DNA from: Lepidodermella squamata
Lineage: Eukaryota; Animalia; Gastrotricha
Direction of reading: 5' to 3'
Assembly (NCBI GenBank): GCA_047495785.1
Contig: JBLDXI010000012.1
Location: 310,001-374,000 of the forward strand
DNA: 64,000 nt
The notes under the pieces were generated by a model. That model saw only the letters and a program-made list of their open reading frames with translations, had not been told where the DNA came from and did no database searches. Of the stretch, positions 24,139 to 37,406 are shown one piece after another; the first letter of the stretch is position 1; each line of letters begins with the position of its first letter. The translations under genes and the position numbers were made by a program.

Positions 24139-27100
24139 TGCAAAAAACATGGGCTCTAAATATATGACGCAAGATCTAATTTTTATTCGAGCTTTAATTT
24201 TGAGATCTGACGCAAGAAAATGATGATAATAATAATAACAGATTCTGATATATTTATTTGTTGGTGGGAAAAAAATCAAGGTGTTTATAAGCTTTGACGG
24301 CTTACAATTATGCAAACCGCGAGGTGAAAAAACGTGCCGAGTGATGAAGTGTTCACACTAGTCGCAGAATAATACTACTACTACAAGGTGGACAAAATAA
24401 TAATAAAAATGCTGTAGTCAAAGTGGAGTTTTTCGATTTTAATCTGCATATATTATTTTTGCACTCTTTTGTGTTTGCTTCGCCTTTTTTTCTACGTTTT
24501 TTTGCTTTGCGTTTGTCTTAGGTAGTACTTGTTATCATTCAATATTTCGTCTTGTGATTTGAACTCGAATAGCTGCGCCGAAGCAGCCGTCGATTATCTG
24601 CTAAAAAGCGATCTCCCTCGCTGCCGTCGTTGCGGTCACGGTGTTTCATTTTACGTGGATGCTGATTGATAAAGGATAAAATTTTAAAAAGAAAGAAGAA
24701 AAATCGAAGGTGCGTTTTATTACCGCTGTTTTATTTCTAGCCCTAAGATTAGCACTGCCAACGAGTTGGAAAATCGCAATTTTAGCCTACGCTCTCGATT
24801 TTCTCATTCACGCCTGATGCCCACTTCACGCGTAATTGATATAACCCTGAATTAGCTTTTTTTTTCTTGCCAGACGTTATATGGCGAAAATTTTGAATGT
24901 AAATTTGCTGTTCCGCTTTTATCGCTCCGAGCTAAATGGCATGACGATGTAATTTTTCAGATGTTTGATCCAATGGCAATTTTCGTTCGGTCTTGATCTC
25001 ATTTCGTATATTTGTACACTGCGGGGAAGTCATTTCGATTATTTTCATACTGTGCATTAGCAAAAAAGATTATGTGCTATATCATCTCGCAGTTTTTGCA
25101 CTGCGCGCCTCACAGGAAATGTGCTGGTAAAATAGTTCCTGTCAAACGAGCTGACTGCGTGTTGACAGATGCGCTCGCGTTCAATCGCAGGGCCAAATTT
25201 ATATTCATTTCCCGACTTTTTTGTGTGGGAAATGATGATGACGAGGGGCTTCTATCCGCCGCTTGTCATTTATCTAATTATAGCTCCTTGCATTTGCTCG
25301 TTGTCCCCCTCTCGCGTCTTACGTGATTCGACTGGCATATGCCTAAGATATTATAAAGACTTCGCAGCTATCGTTGTTCTTTAAACAATAATAGTATATC
25401 GTAAAAAATATAATGATTTTTTCCTTGGTTTTTTCGCATGAGCGGCGGCGATAGCTTGTGATTGTCGTCGCAGTTTGTTTTTCCGCGGAAATGTGGCCGT
25501 GATGAAGCGCGCAGATCGGCCGTCGCCGACTGCGAAATACGAAAGGATAGTCGAATCTTTTTAGTTGTACTACGTATATTCATAAAAAGTATTATTTATA
25601 TATAAATGTCATCGATTCCCTAGCATCAACTATTTTTAGGCCAGAAAATCGAAATATTTTCAGCGATGACGAAACGCTGTTTATTGGCCTGTGTATAGGC
25701 GCGCCGCTAGAGGCCACGTCTAGAGTAGTGTAGTAGTCGCAGCGACTCACGCGAATGTTTTCGTTCAATCATTGAGTAGAAAAAATTTCGAGTGGATTTT
25801 AAATACTTGTAAAATTCAGCCAGCTGCGTATTCCGTATATATTAAAAACTACGTCTTGCTATTAAACTACTCACGCAAATATTATTTTAACCGCGCGCGT
25901 GCTCTGTTAAGCAATTCAATCAGCGCATGCGTCTTTAACTATAATATCCCTGTTCCTATATACTGATACCGAGCGAGTTTTTTCACGTTCGATTACGGCT
26001 ATTACCCTTCTCGCTCACATATGCACCTGAGATTCGAAATTGTTAACAGACTCTCGCAATGAAGGCTATCTAGATAAATTTCGATCTTTCTAGTATTATT
26101 TTTTTACCTGCGACAATGATATTGGTATCTAGGGAGATCGTCACGCTCGGCCCAATGGTGTGATATTGATCCAAGTTAGGCCAAACTATACCCTTGAATC
26201 ATTTATTATATTGCTAATCAGCGATAACGATTGCGTGATAGTAGAGCGGCAATCGATTCCTTCCACCTGTATGTACTGCCTTTTTTTTATGGCGCGTATA
26301 CCCTCCCATACCAGCTGGTCCGCCGTGGTGTTTTTAGTAGCGTTTTAATGACTCGGTTCGTGCTGAAATTTCTCGATAAAATTCCATGATTTCTTTCCGC
26401 GCGTCTACCCTCGATTTAGTTATCGCTTTTTACGGAAAAAAAATTGCATTGAAAAAGCGGAAATAGCCTTTTTTCCTCTATTAATTATTACTTTTGAAAG
26501 CATAGAACAACGTCCAATAATGTATGTAGTTTATTCAATAATCGACCTATGATCCTGCACTTAGTTAACACTAATGATTTTTTCCCATACAAATGCGAAC
26601 AGATTTTATAGGAAGTTTTGTTACTAACTATTCATTAATAAAATGAAAATTATTTGTAACAACTACAACTGAGCGAGGAGTGTCTTTCGACGACTGGCCG
26701 ACCGACACAATGACTGCGTCGTCAAGAATGAAAAAATCTAGCTACTGTTATTAGTCGATCCATCGTAATTCATCGTAGCTAATAATGCTGACGACAAGTT
26801 TATCGAGCAAGAGCCACGTATCCTTGCGTTCGTCTAAAAGCTACAGGTTGATGATTACGCAATTAAACCTATATATATGCCATCGAATATAGCCTATTAT
26901 TTACGTTGTGGCATAGCATCAATGAAATGTTTTTTTTTCGATAGCAATTAAATGTGTGATGTCTAGTAGTTTTACATCGATTGTTAACGTTATTTTAGGC
27001 GTATGATCGATGATTTATTGTACAGGAAGCGACGTTGAAATCGACTTAATAGCCACGCCTCAAGAATGAGCAATAGGCGCGATAACATCTACGTTAAGGG

Positions 27101-30100
27101 CAAAGTGAAAGGATTCAAGCATTACCAGTCAAAGTATTTATCTTATCTATTTATTTTGCCTACCAAATATATTGTTCAATACACGCCGTGTGTATTTTTT
27201 TTAGTGTATTTTGGTTCGGATTTAACACGCCCCATGTGGCTTATCTCTTTCAGTCGCTTATAATGCTGCTGAATTGAACCATTACATTTTATAAAACGCA
27301 TATATTATAGCACCTATTTTTTAATTACCCATTAATGATTCGCATCAACTAATTTTTTCCAAATTATTTTTCTGTGTGTGAAAAATGGAAATCGAACTGG
27401 ACGATAGGAAGGAGCGGTTTGTTTTTCTGTTTTTTGATGAGCCCTATCTCTTTATCTATCCCATATACATCGGCGTGTTGAAAAAATCATTCTATGCGCA
27501 CTTGTCTCTTCTAATTTCGGATGTGTCGTGTTTATTTATTACCACACTGAACAAACGAAATTCAATTAAGCGTGCTGTAATCTGCGGTAGCACGCTCTTT
27601 TGCAGAATCGATTTTACTCTAACCTTTTTACTCTACACTTAATTTTTAAGCGTGCGTGACTACGGAACGGGCCATCATCGTCAGCGCTATTTAGGATCGA
27701 CTTTCTAAAATACACTACTACAAGCAAAGTTTTCGGATTCTCGACTATAATAGGCTATAATAATGCTTCACTTCGCCTCGTATGCAGGAAAAGCCGTTGT
27801 TCAAAACGCGCTTCTTTTTTCATCGCGCTTTATTAGATGAACAACTGATGGCATGATGGTGTCGTGAATTATTATCAAAAGCATGATAACCAGCATCAAT
27901 GCGACGCCCAAATCGTTCAGATACACGTCGATTTCAAAGCACTCAAACATCAGGTTCACACATTCGAACGTTTCCCAGCAAAATAGCTCTGGTGCCAAGT
28001 AATGATGCGTAAAAAATCGCGATGCGATTTTTATTGATCTCGTCAGTTTTAGACGCTTAGACGGTCGTCATCTTCTTCGGTCAACTACTTTGTATTTATT
28101 AGCTTTGATTTGTTGTATCATATTGATATATGGCAGCAGCAGTGCCGTTTTACCCCGCCGTTCTATCAATCGATTTGCATTTCTAAATCATGGCAATTAG
28201 ATTATAGGCAGGGTTGCTCTTAAAAAATAGCCCGCATTCTCCCAAGATGTTCGCATCCCTCGATGCTACTGCGCTCGATTTGTACGCGCGCAAGTCAATT
28301 TTTTTCGAATTTTCTTATGGCAACCAACACAAAAATTGAATGCCTCATTGTTGCAATTTTTTTGTGAACTGCCGTCGAAAATTTTGACTAACTAGCAGCG
28401 ATGCAATCGAGGCGTGTGAGGTCAGCCACTTGTTTTACATATAATATTTATATCACGGGTTATTTTATTTATTAATAATTGAATTTCTTTCTATCGCCTA
28501 TCGCCTGCTAACGAACTTCTCGTATCCTTATTTATTAACCCATTGCGATCATTTCATTCTCCGTTTTTTGCATTCTCGAGTGCTCTCGGCATTCATCTTA
28601 TTATCTAATAATTTTTGCAGTAATATATGTAATAATAAGGTCTTTCGATTGGTGCGAACAGAAAAATTCGCCACATCCGTTTCCTAGAGGCCGGTTCCGC
28701 CAGCATGAGTAGATTTTCGCGGCGTTCTGTAGTATTATTATGAACATGGACAGCTGAGAGAATTTCACGTTGCCAGCTCGTGTATTTTTTAAGATCTCGA
28801 TAACTTTCTCGTGTTTTTACTAGTCACATATTGGGCAACATGAGGCGCATGTTTATCGATCGGCCTAAAAAAATATTATTTAGCCCGAGCATCTCTTGTA
28901 TACTGTATATTGTAGCATACTATTCAAGCGAGACTATTGACACAAACAGCCGCCTTTCGCATTTCCGCAAACTTCGTTTGCCCAGCTTCCTACTTCATCA
29001 TTCGCGACTAGTCGTCTCTCATTTTTTTCCTGCGAACCGGAAATTGCGAGAAATTCATTCGATTTCAAGTGGCACCCTACCTACATACATTTCTCGCGAA
29101 ATTCTCCCGAGGCACTAAAACTTAGTCTGAATAGTGTTTTCTGATGTCTTTTAAGGTTGGTATTTCGATTTCTGACAATCCTCATGATCGGTATTTATTA
29201 TCTATTTAATTTGAATTTTCCGTCTCGTTTTAGTGAAAAAAACGATAAATACATTATCGTTCCCCTTTTTTAAGCAGGATGTAGAGCAATCATAATTTAG
29301 AAGCTTTGTACTGCAATCGATTAGATTGCGCCATTGCACCTGCTTTTTTACACGCGCGAAAATTGAGCCCTTAGATTTTTAATAATGAATACGTTTTGAG
29401 GATTGCTTTTTCACTACGCGCGCCTTGGGTGTACGAATCGATGCGAGCGCCGCGTACCATTCGTTACTGTGCAATCCCACTCACTAGTACCGCATTAGTA
29501 TTAGGTTGTTGACTGATTGTAATGGCTTCGTGCGCCAATGTTCGAAATTAACAACTCCGTATTGCCCTCATGAATGCCGCCGCTGGTTGTCCATTTTGCG
29601 ATTTTTTCACGCTCATAACGAGAGCTGCCTGTTTTTGCACGGTAGCAGCGCGCCGTAGTTCAAACTGATGTTCTCTATTGCAAGCTCGTCGCAGAGCGCT
29701 TCGCGATCTCCTTCATTTCACGTTTCTTTTGGAGCCATGAGTTCTCATGTGGAGCGAAAGTATTCTTCTTTTCCTACCTATTTGTGTTTTCAAGTCATAG
29801 AAAAGTTGTCAACTTATAGATGTAGATTTCATGGAAAATATTTTGGGTTTTGAAAAATTCATGATCAATTAAAGATGGGCAGATGAACGAAATTCCCCGA
29901 AAAAGATCGAATGTCTGGCAATATTTAAGGAGGATTTTTTATTTTTATTTTCATTCTCGATTATTTTTGGAAAATTTAGGGCTCCAGTTTGATACAAGCT
30001 TTTTATACTTGACCGATGAGTGCAATGTGCATTTAATCGATTAGGCAAATAAACCGTAGTATTCCTTGTCCAGAGACTGGGGGCGATTTTGTGTACAAGG

Positions 30101-30303
30101 CGAAAATCTGCTTCTGCAATTATTTGCCCTAATCAAGATTATTTTAAGTTCAGCTGAATTTCCTGCGATTTCTCTGCCTTAATTTCAACTGAAGTGTAAA
30201 AATATTTTCCATGTTTGATATTGATTTATAATGATAATATTACATACCTAATGCAACTTATTTTGAATTTTGATGATAATGCTGTTTTTCGTGTGTTGAA
30301 CAG

Positions 30304-33300
30304 TCGGACTTCGAACCAGCCCGGCGGATGGACTGGCCGGACGACATCGGCCCTACCTACTGAGGAGGAAGTAGACCACAATCACCACGCGGAGACGCAC
30401 AACGACGGCAAAGTGATGACGGCGCTGGAAATGGCGGAGAACGAGCGGCGGCACAACGAAGACGCCGAGGACATTGACCAATTGCGCAAAATCCTCGACT
30501 CGAACAACCGCACATACCTGAAGGGCCTGCTGCGCGACCGGCACTACCCGGCGCAGCGCGCGGCCGTGCGCCAGTACCTGTGGAAACGCATGCTCAAAGT
30601 GCTGGCGGGCAACCGCGAGGCGGACATCTACCAGGAGATGAAGCGGCAGCTGTACCCGGACGGACCACAGGAAGGCATCGCCGGCGTGTTGCCGCGCTTC
30701 GTCGACCTCGACCACGTCAGTACGCTGCCGTACGCGACGCGCCTGCAGTTGTCGCACGTCGCGTGCCTGCTGCACATGCTCGCCGAGTCGCGGCCCGATA
30801 TCACTTATGCGCCCACCCTTCTACCTCTCATGCTGCTCTTTCACAAAACGCTGCCCGAGGAGGACGCGTTCGACCTGCTCTACGCGCTTGTTGTCGATAG
30901 GTTCGTACCCTTTTGCCTAGCTACTAGCTTTCGAAATTTAGCTTAAATTTCCAGCACTAACATATCTAGATTTTTTTATTAGAGCTTTTGAGTCTTGAGA
31001 TCTCGATATTGGATAATTATTTCAAGGTTGACTTATACCAGTTCTAATTTCGGAAATTTCGGGCAACACTAGATTTTTTCGGACTTCGATATTTCATGAC
31101 ATCGTAAGAAAGCCCGGTTAAAAATATAGTTTATATCTGATGATACTAACATGAAATTCCATTATTTCAATTGCCTGTTTGACCATAACTTTTGCACTAA
31201 TAACTGTTTAATAAATCGCACAGAGGTCCTTCAAGGTGGTCTATCTTCCTAATATAATTATCTTCTCTCACTGATTCGTAGATATTATTCGAGTGGGATT
31301 GTTGTGAACAATCACTATTTGGGTAGACAGTACTTTTTACGCTCTGAAATGCCGATTAAAATTATCAGAGGCGCAAAACTTCATCTTTTTCGAATTTATA
31401 ATATTTCCTTATGTTTTTATTATAACTGTCTTCATTTTTTTTTAATATTTTTTCAATAATTTGTTACTTCTTAGACTATTAGATCTTCTCATGTATTGTT
31501 TATTATTTTTGGCTCAGGAAAAATCAACGGTGATTGTGATTGCTCTGATAATTTTTTCGACAGATTTTACTAAGCATGTCACGAGTGAAATTTTGTTTGA
31601 AGTGTTTTAATTTTTCAATGTAAAAACGGGTGAAAAGCACGATTTTTTCCACTTTTTCATGGCGTAATACAACTTGGTTTCATCTACATTTTTCCGGTTA
31701 GACTGGAATTTTGGGAGCGACACAGGTGATGGAAAGAAATCTAGAATCCCTTCCCGTCGCGCTGTATTCAATAATTTCACTCTGCGTTTTATTTTCTAAA
31801 ATATCCCCCAGTTATTTTTAAAAATAGCTATAACGAGACTTTTGCGTGATTTTACAGGCACCACGCTCGATTGCCGCAAACGATGACGGCATGTCACGTG
31901 CAAGCTTGCGTGCTGGAACGATTCGCTTCCAAGTACATGAAACCGTTCTACTCGGTTCTAGTCGAGGAGACGAAACAGGCCAGCGGCCGCGGCAACGGCG
32001 CCGTGACTGGCGCGAAACGCGACTCCGACGCGCTGCCCCTGCACCACCTGCTGTTAGGCTGGCACTGGTGGATTTTCGAATACCTTCCCGTTGATTACAT
32101 TCTCGTCATTGTCGACTCGTACCTAGCCGAGGGCATCAAACTTATGTTCCGCGCCGCCCTAGCGATCCTGCAACTCTACGGCCGCGTTAATATTAAAAAC
32201 CGCGAGGCGCTGCGCAACTTCCCGGAGTCGATGCGCGAATTCTGTAAAAAATTCGACACTGATATTGACCGATTCTACAAGGTGATGCTGTCATTTCGGG
32301 CCTTCTCCGGCGCGCGCATGGAGAAGTATTTCCGGTTCTACGAGCGCGAAGTGGCGAGTCGAGATTTTGCGGCCGAGGTCGACCGGGCAGCGGCCGGGTC
32401 GGTGTCGGGCAAGCCGCTGGCGTCGGGCGGCGCGTCGTCGCCGTTCCTGCCGCTGGTTCCCCCGGTTAATTCGATGCTCACCCGTGATCACTTGATGTGC
32501 ATCTACGGCTGGCTGCCGGCGCGCATCCAGCTCTGCAAGCCACTGCTTGTGTTCACGACGGCTGTCGACGGCACCTCACTCGCCACCTTCTACAGCCGCT
32601 GTGATCGATATGAACCCATCCTGCTAATAGGTAACCATTATCACTAATCCGCCTTATAATAGAATCAACATTAAGCTAGACGAATAAATCGATCATTTCC
32701 CAGTTTTTAATATTCACATCAGAATTTTCGTGTGAGATCATGTAATCATGGGAATTTATGTAGTTAGGCGCAAAAGGACAGAGAAGATAAACAGGAAATT
32801 TTTTAAAATTTTCATGGCTATGGATAACCCACTGCGAAGTTTTATGAGGGTAATGGCCGATAGTTATGGATCTTGTTTAATTGTTCAAGGTTTTGAACAT
32901 TTTTGCAGTTCTCACCATACTCATTTCAAAATTCTTAACATAAGACCAACAGCCTCCTCAATTTTCTTTTCAATTTTTCATTCTTGAAATTGATTCAAAA
33001 ATAATTTTCCCGTGGACTCGGGATTGTTTTTACGAATTCTCTCGTCTTCCCAATGTTAGGCTGGGTTGAGATAGCTAAATTTTAGGGGAAAAGAACATAT
33101 TTTCACCCTAAAGTGCAGCTTTCCAGCGGGCATTTAAGGTAGCTTTGAGTTTTAAATATTTTAAAATCTGAAAATTTACTGGAAAGGCGCTTGGATCGTT
33201 AGTCGTTTGATTTGCATTGAAAGCTTCAAAAAGGAGTCAGAAAAATATGCTTCAATCTCAGTTGCCCACCTTAAATGTTTTAATATCTATTGGATTTTAG

Positions 33301-33782
33301 CTTTGAAATGGCTTACGGGACACCGATTTATTAAGATCAATAATCTGACAATCTCATATTTTTTTGAAAATTATTAATTTCCATTTTATTTTTTTTCAGT
33401 GAAAACCGTCGGAACCCCGAGTTATATTTTTGGTGCGTATTGTTCAACTGCGTGGGCCGGCCGTTCTGCTAACCCCGGCTCATATTTTGGTACCGGCGAG
33501 AGTTTCCTATTCCGGCTATCCCTCGGCGGCGTGACGGCGACAAAATACGCGTGGGTAGGCGAGACGCGGCCTGAAATGGCCGCCCAAGCCTCGCACATGT
33601 TCCAAATGGGCGGCGAGCGGCAGCTGCAAATCGGCGGCGGCAGCGGCACCGGCCTGTGCCTTCAAGACCCCCTGACCTCTGGCTTCTCTGAGCGCTGTGA
33701 GACCTTCTCGAACGTTCCACTGGCGGAGAAACAGCGCGACTTCGAGTGCCACACCGTCGAAGCGTACGCCTTTCAGCCGTAA
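30304..33782 (+). CDS. TBC1D24: TBC1D24/skywalker (TBC + TLDc). Exons 30304-30900, 31858-32630, 33400-33782; first coding exon lies upstream (candidate 26785-26846)
   Basis: LK.LLR..VRQYLW, PDITYAP, W.WWIFEYLP..IVDSYLAEGIK.MFRAALAIL; TLDc WLPARI..LVFTT..DGTSLATFY..FGAYCS.W..YFGTGESFLF..GGG.G. Confidence 0.92.
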
Positions 33783-35809
33783 ACTAAATGTATAAGGTGG
33801 ATAGAAACGCACAAACAAAAATGCTCATCTATATGTCATGTTTGCCGGCGGAATTGTAAGGAGTAAAAAATCGCGCCAATGCTTGCTTTATCATCGATAT
33901 TCCGAAACTAGTCCTGCGATGATGACGATGAGCAGCTGAGACGGCGGTTCGACTCATGATTTCAAACAAGCAACGCGCATGCAATTTTTACACACTGGCT
34001 ATAATCGAGGTATCATACAAATTTTCAAACTGCCCATGGCTGTGCTGTCTCTGTCAGTTTTTTCTTTGAATCAGCCTTTGTATTTCTCGAACGGAAATTC
34101 ACGACCGTCGCTTTTGTTGTGCATGATGGGATGCGGATGATTCATCGCTTTTTTCAGTGTCGAGCTCGAACGTTTTTCTATTACAAAATTTTTATTGCTA
34201 CTTTATAATAATAATGACGCGCCCCACTGTGAATGCCTATAACTATGAAAAAAGCCTATATTTGTTGGATAGAAATCGAAAGAGCCAACAGTTTTCAGTC
34301 ACCTGAAGCTTTTCGTTTATATTTCACGCGTTGAATTTTTGTGAGATTTTTCCTTACCAAATCATCTTCTTCTTCAAGCGAATGTAAAAGGCATTTTAAT
34401 TATATTTTATGAATGAAAATTCACGCGTTTATCCTTGTACCTATCAAACAAACAAACATGATATGATGTACAGTTTTTTTTCTCAAAGAGCTGGTGACAA
34501 AAATTTAATTACAGCAGTTTCGCTTCACTTCGCACTGGCTCGATTTTTCTGGTCATCGTTTTTCGTCTCTCCTTATGATATGCATTATACCTTCTATAAT
34601 ATGAAACCGATACCTACAAGTTTTTGTTTAGTGCGCTTGCCTCCTCTCCACCTCGATTATGGTATTGCATTTTTTGCGAAATCATAGCGTGTATAATATA
34701 GGTAAAACCATCATCGATTTTTGTGAGAATAGCAGAGCCACCATATTTTAATTAAAATGGCGCCGTCTTGTTGTCGCTGATCAACTTGATTTATTGTTAA
34801 GACTTCTTTTCCGCGTGCATTTTTCGATGCGCTATTTTCTGTACCTAAAATACCACCTGATGTAAGTTTCCCCATCTTTGTTGCAGATTTTTCTCTGGCT
34901 TGATCTGGCTGTTACATTGCGATTTTTCTCATCGCCGAATACGTAAAAGATCAATACTATTATTATTATTATTGCTAATAACGATAATTTACACAGAGTT
35001 GGCTATCCATGATGAAGCTTCTTTATACAAAAATGCGGATATATTTATGCGGTTGCGATCAGTAAACCGTTGTTTTTTGTTCTGAAATTGGAGAAGATGG
35101 AAGACAATTGTTGTATAAAATTTTAATTGAATAAAGAAATAGCAAATGAGACGAAGTTCGAAAATATCTTGGTTACTTTTTTCACCCAATATGATTCGAC
35201 GGGACGATAACGTAACAGTAATTCAGCACAAGAGCAACTGCAGAAAGGCGGGAATTCAATTCTTCTTTTAATTTTCGATTCAACCAAAATGACCAGCTGA
35301 CAAAAAAAACAATTCATTTTATTCCTATACATGCGCATGGAAACATTTTGCCATTGTGAAATTGAATTTCTCTATGGCTGAATTTAATTTTTTTAAGGCG
35401 GACTTGTTATTTCAACATTTTTTCGCTATTTCCACAGAGGTATGACCCTTTACCACCACAAAAGTGGCGTCCAGATAGTGGCGTCTACCGTCGCTTATTG
35501 TCTATCGCATAGAGTATTCCCTTATTTAGCGTCCGAATTCAGGTTCGGGGAAAAAGATGGCATTTAAAATTAATCAGGCAGAAAAGCCTCACCCGTGAGG
35601 GTTAGGGGACGGTAGACGCCATCAGCATCAGGCGACAGATCGGTTTCAACCACCAGCCTAAGTCCGAAGAAATCGGCAATTTGCGATTCAAACTAATTGC
35701 TATTCATTCTTAATAGGCTCGTTTTCAGGCTATTAGTCTACCTAGTCGCTTTATTGTCCATTCAGTTATTTTTTTTTTATTACGCTTGCTTCTCGAAATT
35801 TCGAAATAA

Positions 35810-35848
35810 ACACTGTTGCAACAACTTGTGGCCCTGAAAAGGGCCGGT
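35810..35848 (-). terminator. H2A histone 3' stem-loop (35830-35845) plus conserved downstream 20-mer
   Basis: Minus strand reads ACC GGCCCTTTTCAGGGCC ACAAGTTGTTGCAACAGTGT. Confidence 0.95.
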
Positions 35849-35889
35849 TCATGCTTTTTAAAAGCTGCGATGAGATGGAAGCGAGTCGC

Positions 35890-36333
35890 TTATTGAGACT
35901 GGCTGGCGGCGGCCTTTTTCTTGCCACCTGAAGCCGGCTTGGCAGCGGGTGCCTCGGCGGTCTTCTTCGGCAGCAAGACGGTCTGGATGTTGGGCAGAAC
36001 ACCGCCTTGGGCAATCGTAACGTGCGACAGCAGCTTGTTCAACTCCTCGTCGTTGCGGATCGCCAGTTGGATGTGGCGAGGCACGATGCGCGTCTTCTTG
36101 TTGTCACGAGCGGCGTTGCCGGCCAACTCGAGCACTTCAGCGGCCAGGTACTCCATGACGGCGGCGAGGTACACGGGCGCACCCGCACCGACACGCTCGG
36201 CGTAGTTACCGCGCTTCAACAGACGGGTGATACGACCGACCGGAAACTGGAGGCCGGCACGCGACGACTTGGTCTTCGCCTTTTGGCGGTTGGCCTTGCC
36301 TCCCTTACCACGACCAGCAGCTGGAGCGGACAT
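35890..36333 (-). CDS. H2A: Histone H2A with extended N-terminus and SQSQ C-terminal tail
   Basis: [43 protein letters not shown]. Intronless, with 3' stem-loop. Confidence 0.98.
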   Translation of the reverse strand: MSAPAAGRGKGGKANRQKAKTKSSRAGLQFPVGRITRLLKRGNYAERVGAGAPVYLAAVMEYLAAEVLELAGNAARDNKKTRIVPRHIQLAIRNDEELNKLLSHVTIAQGGVLPNIQTVLLPKKTAEAPAAKPASGGKKKAAASQSQ

Positions 36334-36718
36334 TTTTGTCGTTGAGTTTTAAAAGCGGAAAGAATGCGAAATTTGCAGTCTGAGCACGAACAATTTTGCC
36401 GACACCTGATTTTTCCTTATATACCCCGCCCTAGCATTTATTTCCCGCCTTTTGATTGTCTCATGAAATTCCCATCATCTGTTTACGGCTTTATTAACCA
36501 ATCAAGCGCGAGTCGTAAAAGCGCGCGCCTCATTACGACACGCGCATCACTTTGATTGGTCACCCAGGCACGCGCCATAAAGAATTTGAACACCGGATGC
36601 GCCAGGGTGCGCGCACTAATGCCGGCCGGATGTTATAATGATAGCGAAATTGCGTGCCTAGATTGTTCGGAAGTTGTATTAATTGTTGCTTTATCACCGC
36701 TTACAATCTCAATCAATA
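36334..36718. promoter_or_regulatory. Bidirectional H2A/H2B promoter
   Basis: Short interval between divergent genes with CCAAT boxes in both orientations (about 36499 and 36555) and TATA-like TATATA/TATAAT near each end. Confidence 0.6.
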
Positions 36719-37093
36719 ATGTCACCGAAGGTTACTGGTAAAGTCGCATCGAAGGGTTCGAAGAAGGCCGCGAAGCCGAAGACCGCCGGCGAGAAGAAGA
36801 AGCGCCATCGCCGCCGCGAGTCGTACAACATCTACATCTACAAGGTGTTGAAGCAGGTCCACCCTGACACCGGCATCTCCGGCAAGGCCATGGCCATCAT
36901 GAACTCGTTCGTCAACGACATCTTCGAGCGCATCGCCCTCGAGTCGTCGCGCCTGGCCCACTACAACAAGAAGGCCACCATCAGCAGTCGAGAGGTACAA
37001 ACGGCTGTGCGTCTCCTCCTGCCTGGCGAGCTTGCCAAGCACGCCGTTTCAGAAGGTACCAAGGCCGTCACCAAGTATACCAGCTCGAAATAA
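36719..37093 (+). CDS. H2B: Histone H2B
   Basis: [37 protein letters not shown]. Divergent from H2A. Confidence 0.98.
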   Translation: MSPKVTGKVASKGSKKAAKPKTAGEKKKRHRRRESYNIYIYKVLKQVHPDTGISGKAMAIMNSFVNDIFERIALESSRLAHYNKKATISSREVQTAVRLLLPGELAKHAVSEGTKAVTKYTSSK

Positions 37094-37137
37094 GCTGCTT
37101 CGAAGACCGCTGCTTCAACACCGTCTTCTGACTCCGA

Positions 37138-37176
37138 ACCGGCCCTTTTCAGGGCCACAAGTTGTTGCAACAGTGT
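37138..37176 (+). terminator. H2B histone 3' stem-loop (37141-37156) plus conserved downstream 20-mer
   Basis: ACC GGCCCTTTTCAGGGCC ACAAGTTGTTGCAACAGTGT. Confidence 0.95.
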
Positions 37177-37406
37177 ACAATTATTTGAATTGTAAGCATT
37201 TTAAAGAAATAAAAAAAACCTGCAAGACTGCAAGATCAAGAAAGATCGCTACAACAGAACACCAAATTCATTCAAATACCTTTGATGCATATTAATTATT
37301 TTTCTATTATGAAACCAAGCCGAACCTACCGTGGTGTAGGGTAATATTGAAATGTGGTGAAACTGAATGCATGCAAATTCCGTTATGATATTAACTTGAA
37401 TTTTTA

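Noticed and set aside
30353-30775. Long antisense or alternative-frame ORFs over GNB, TBC1D24, the histones and PLOD-B (e.g. 745-1224, 30353-30775, 39246-39764, 56678-57316)
   Set aside because: Shadow ORFs produced by GC-rich codon usage of the real genes; no recognisable motifs.
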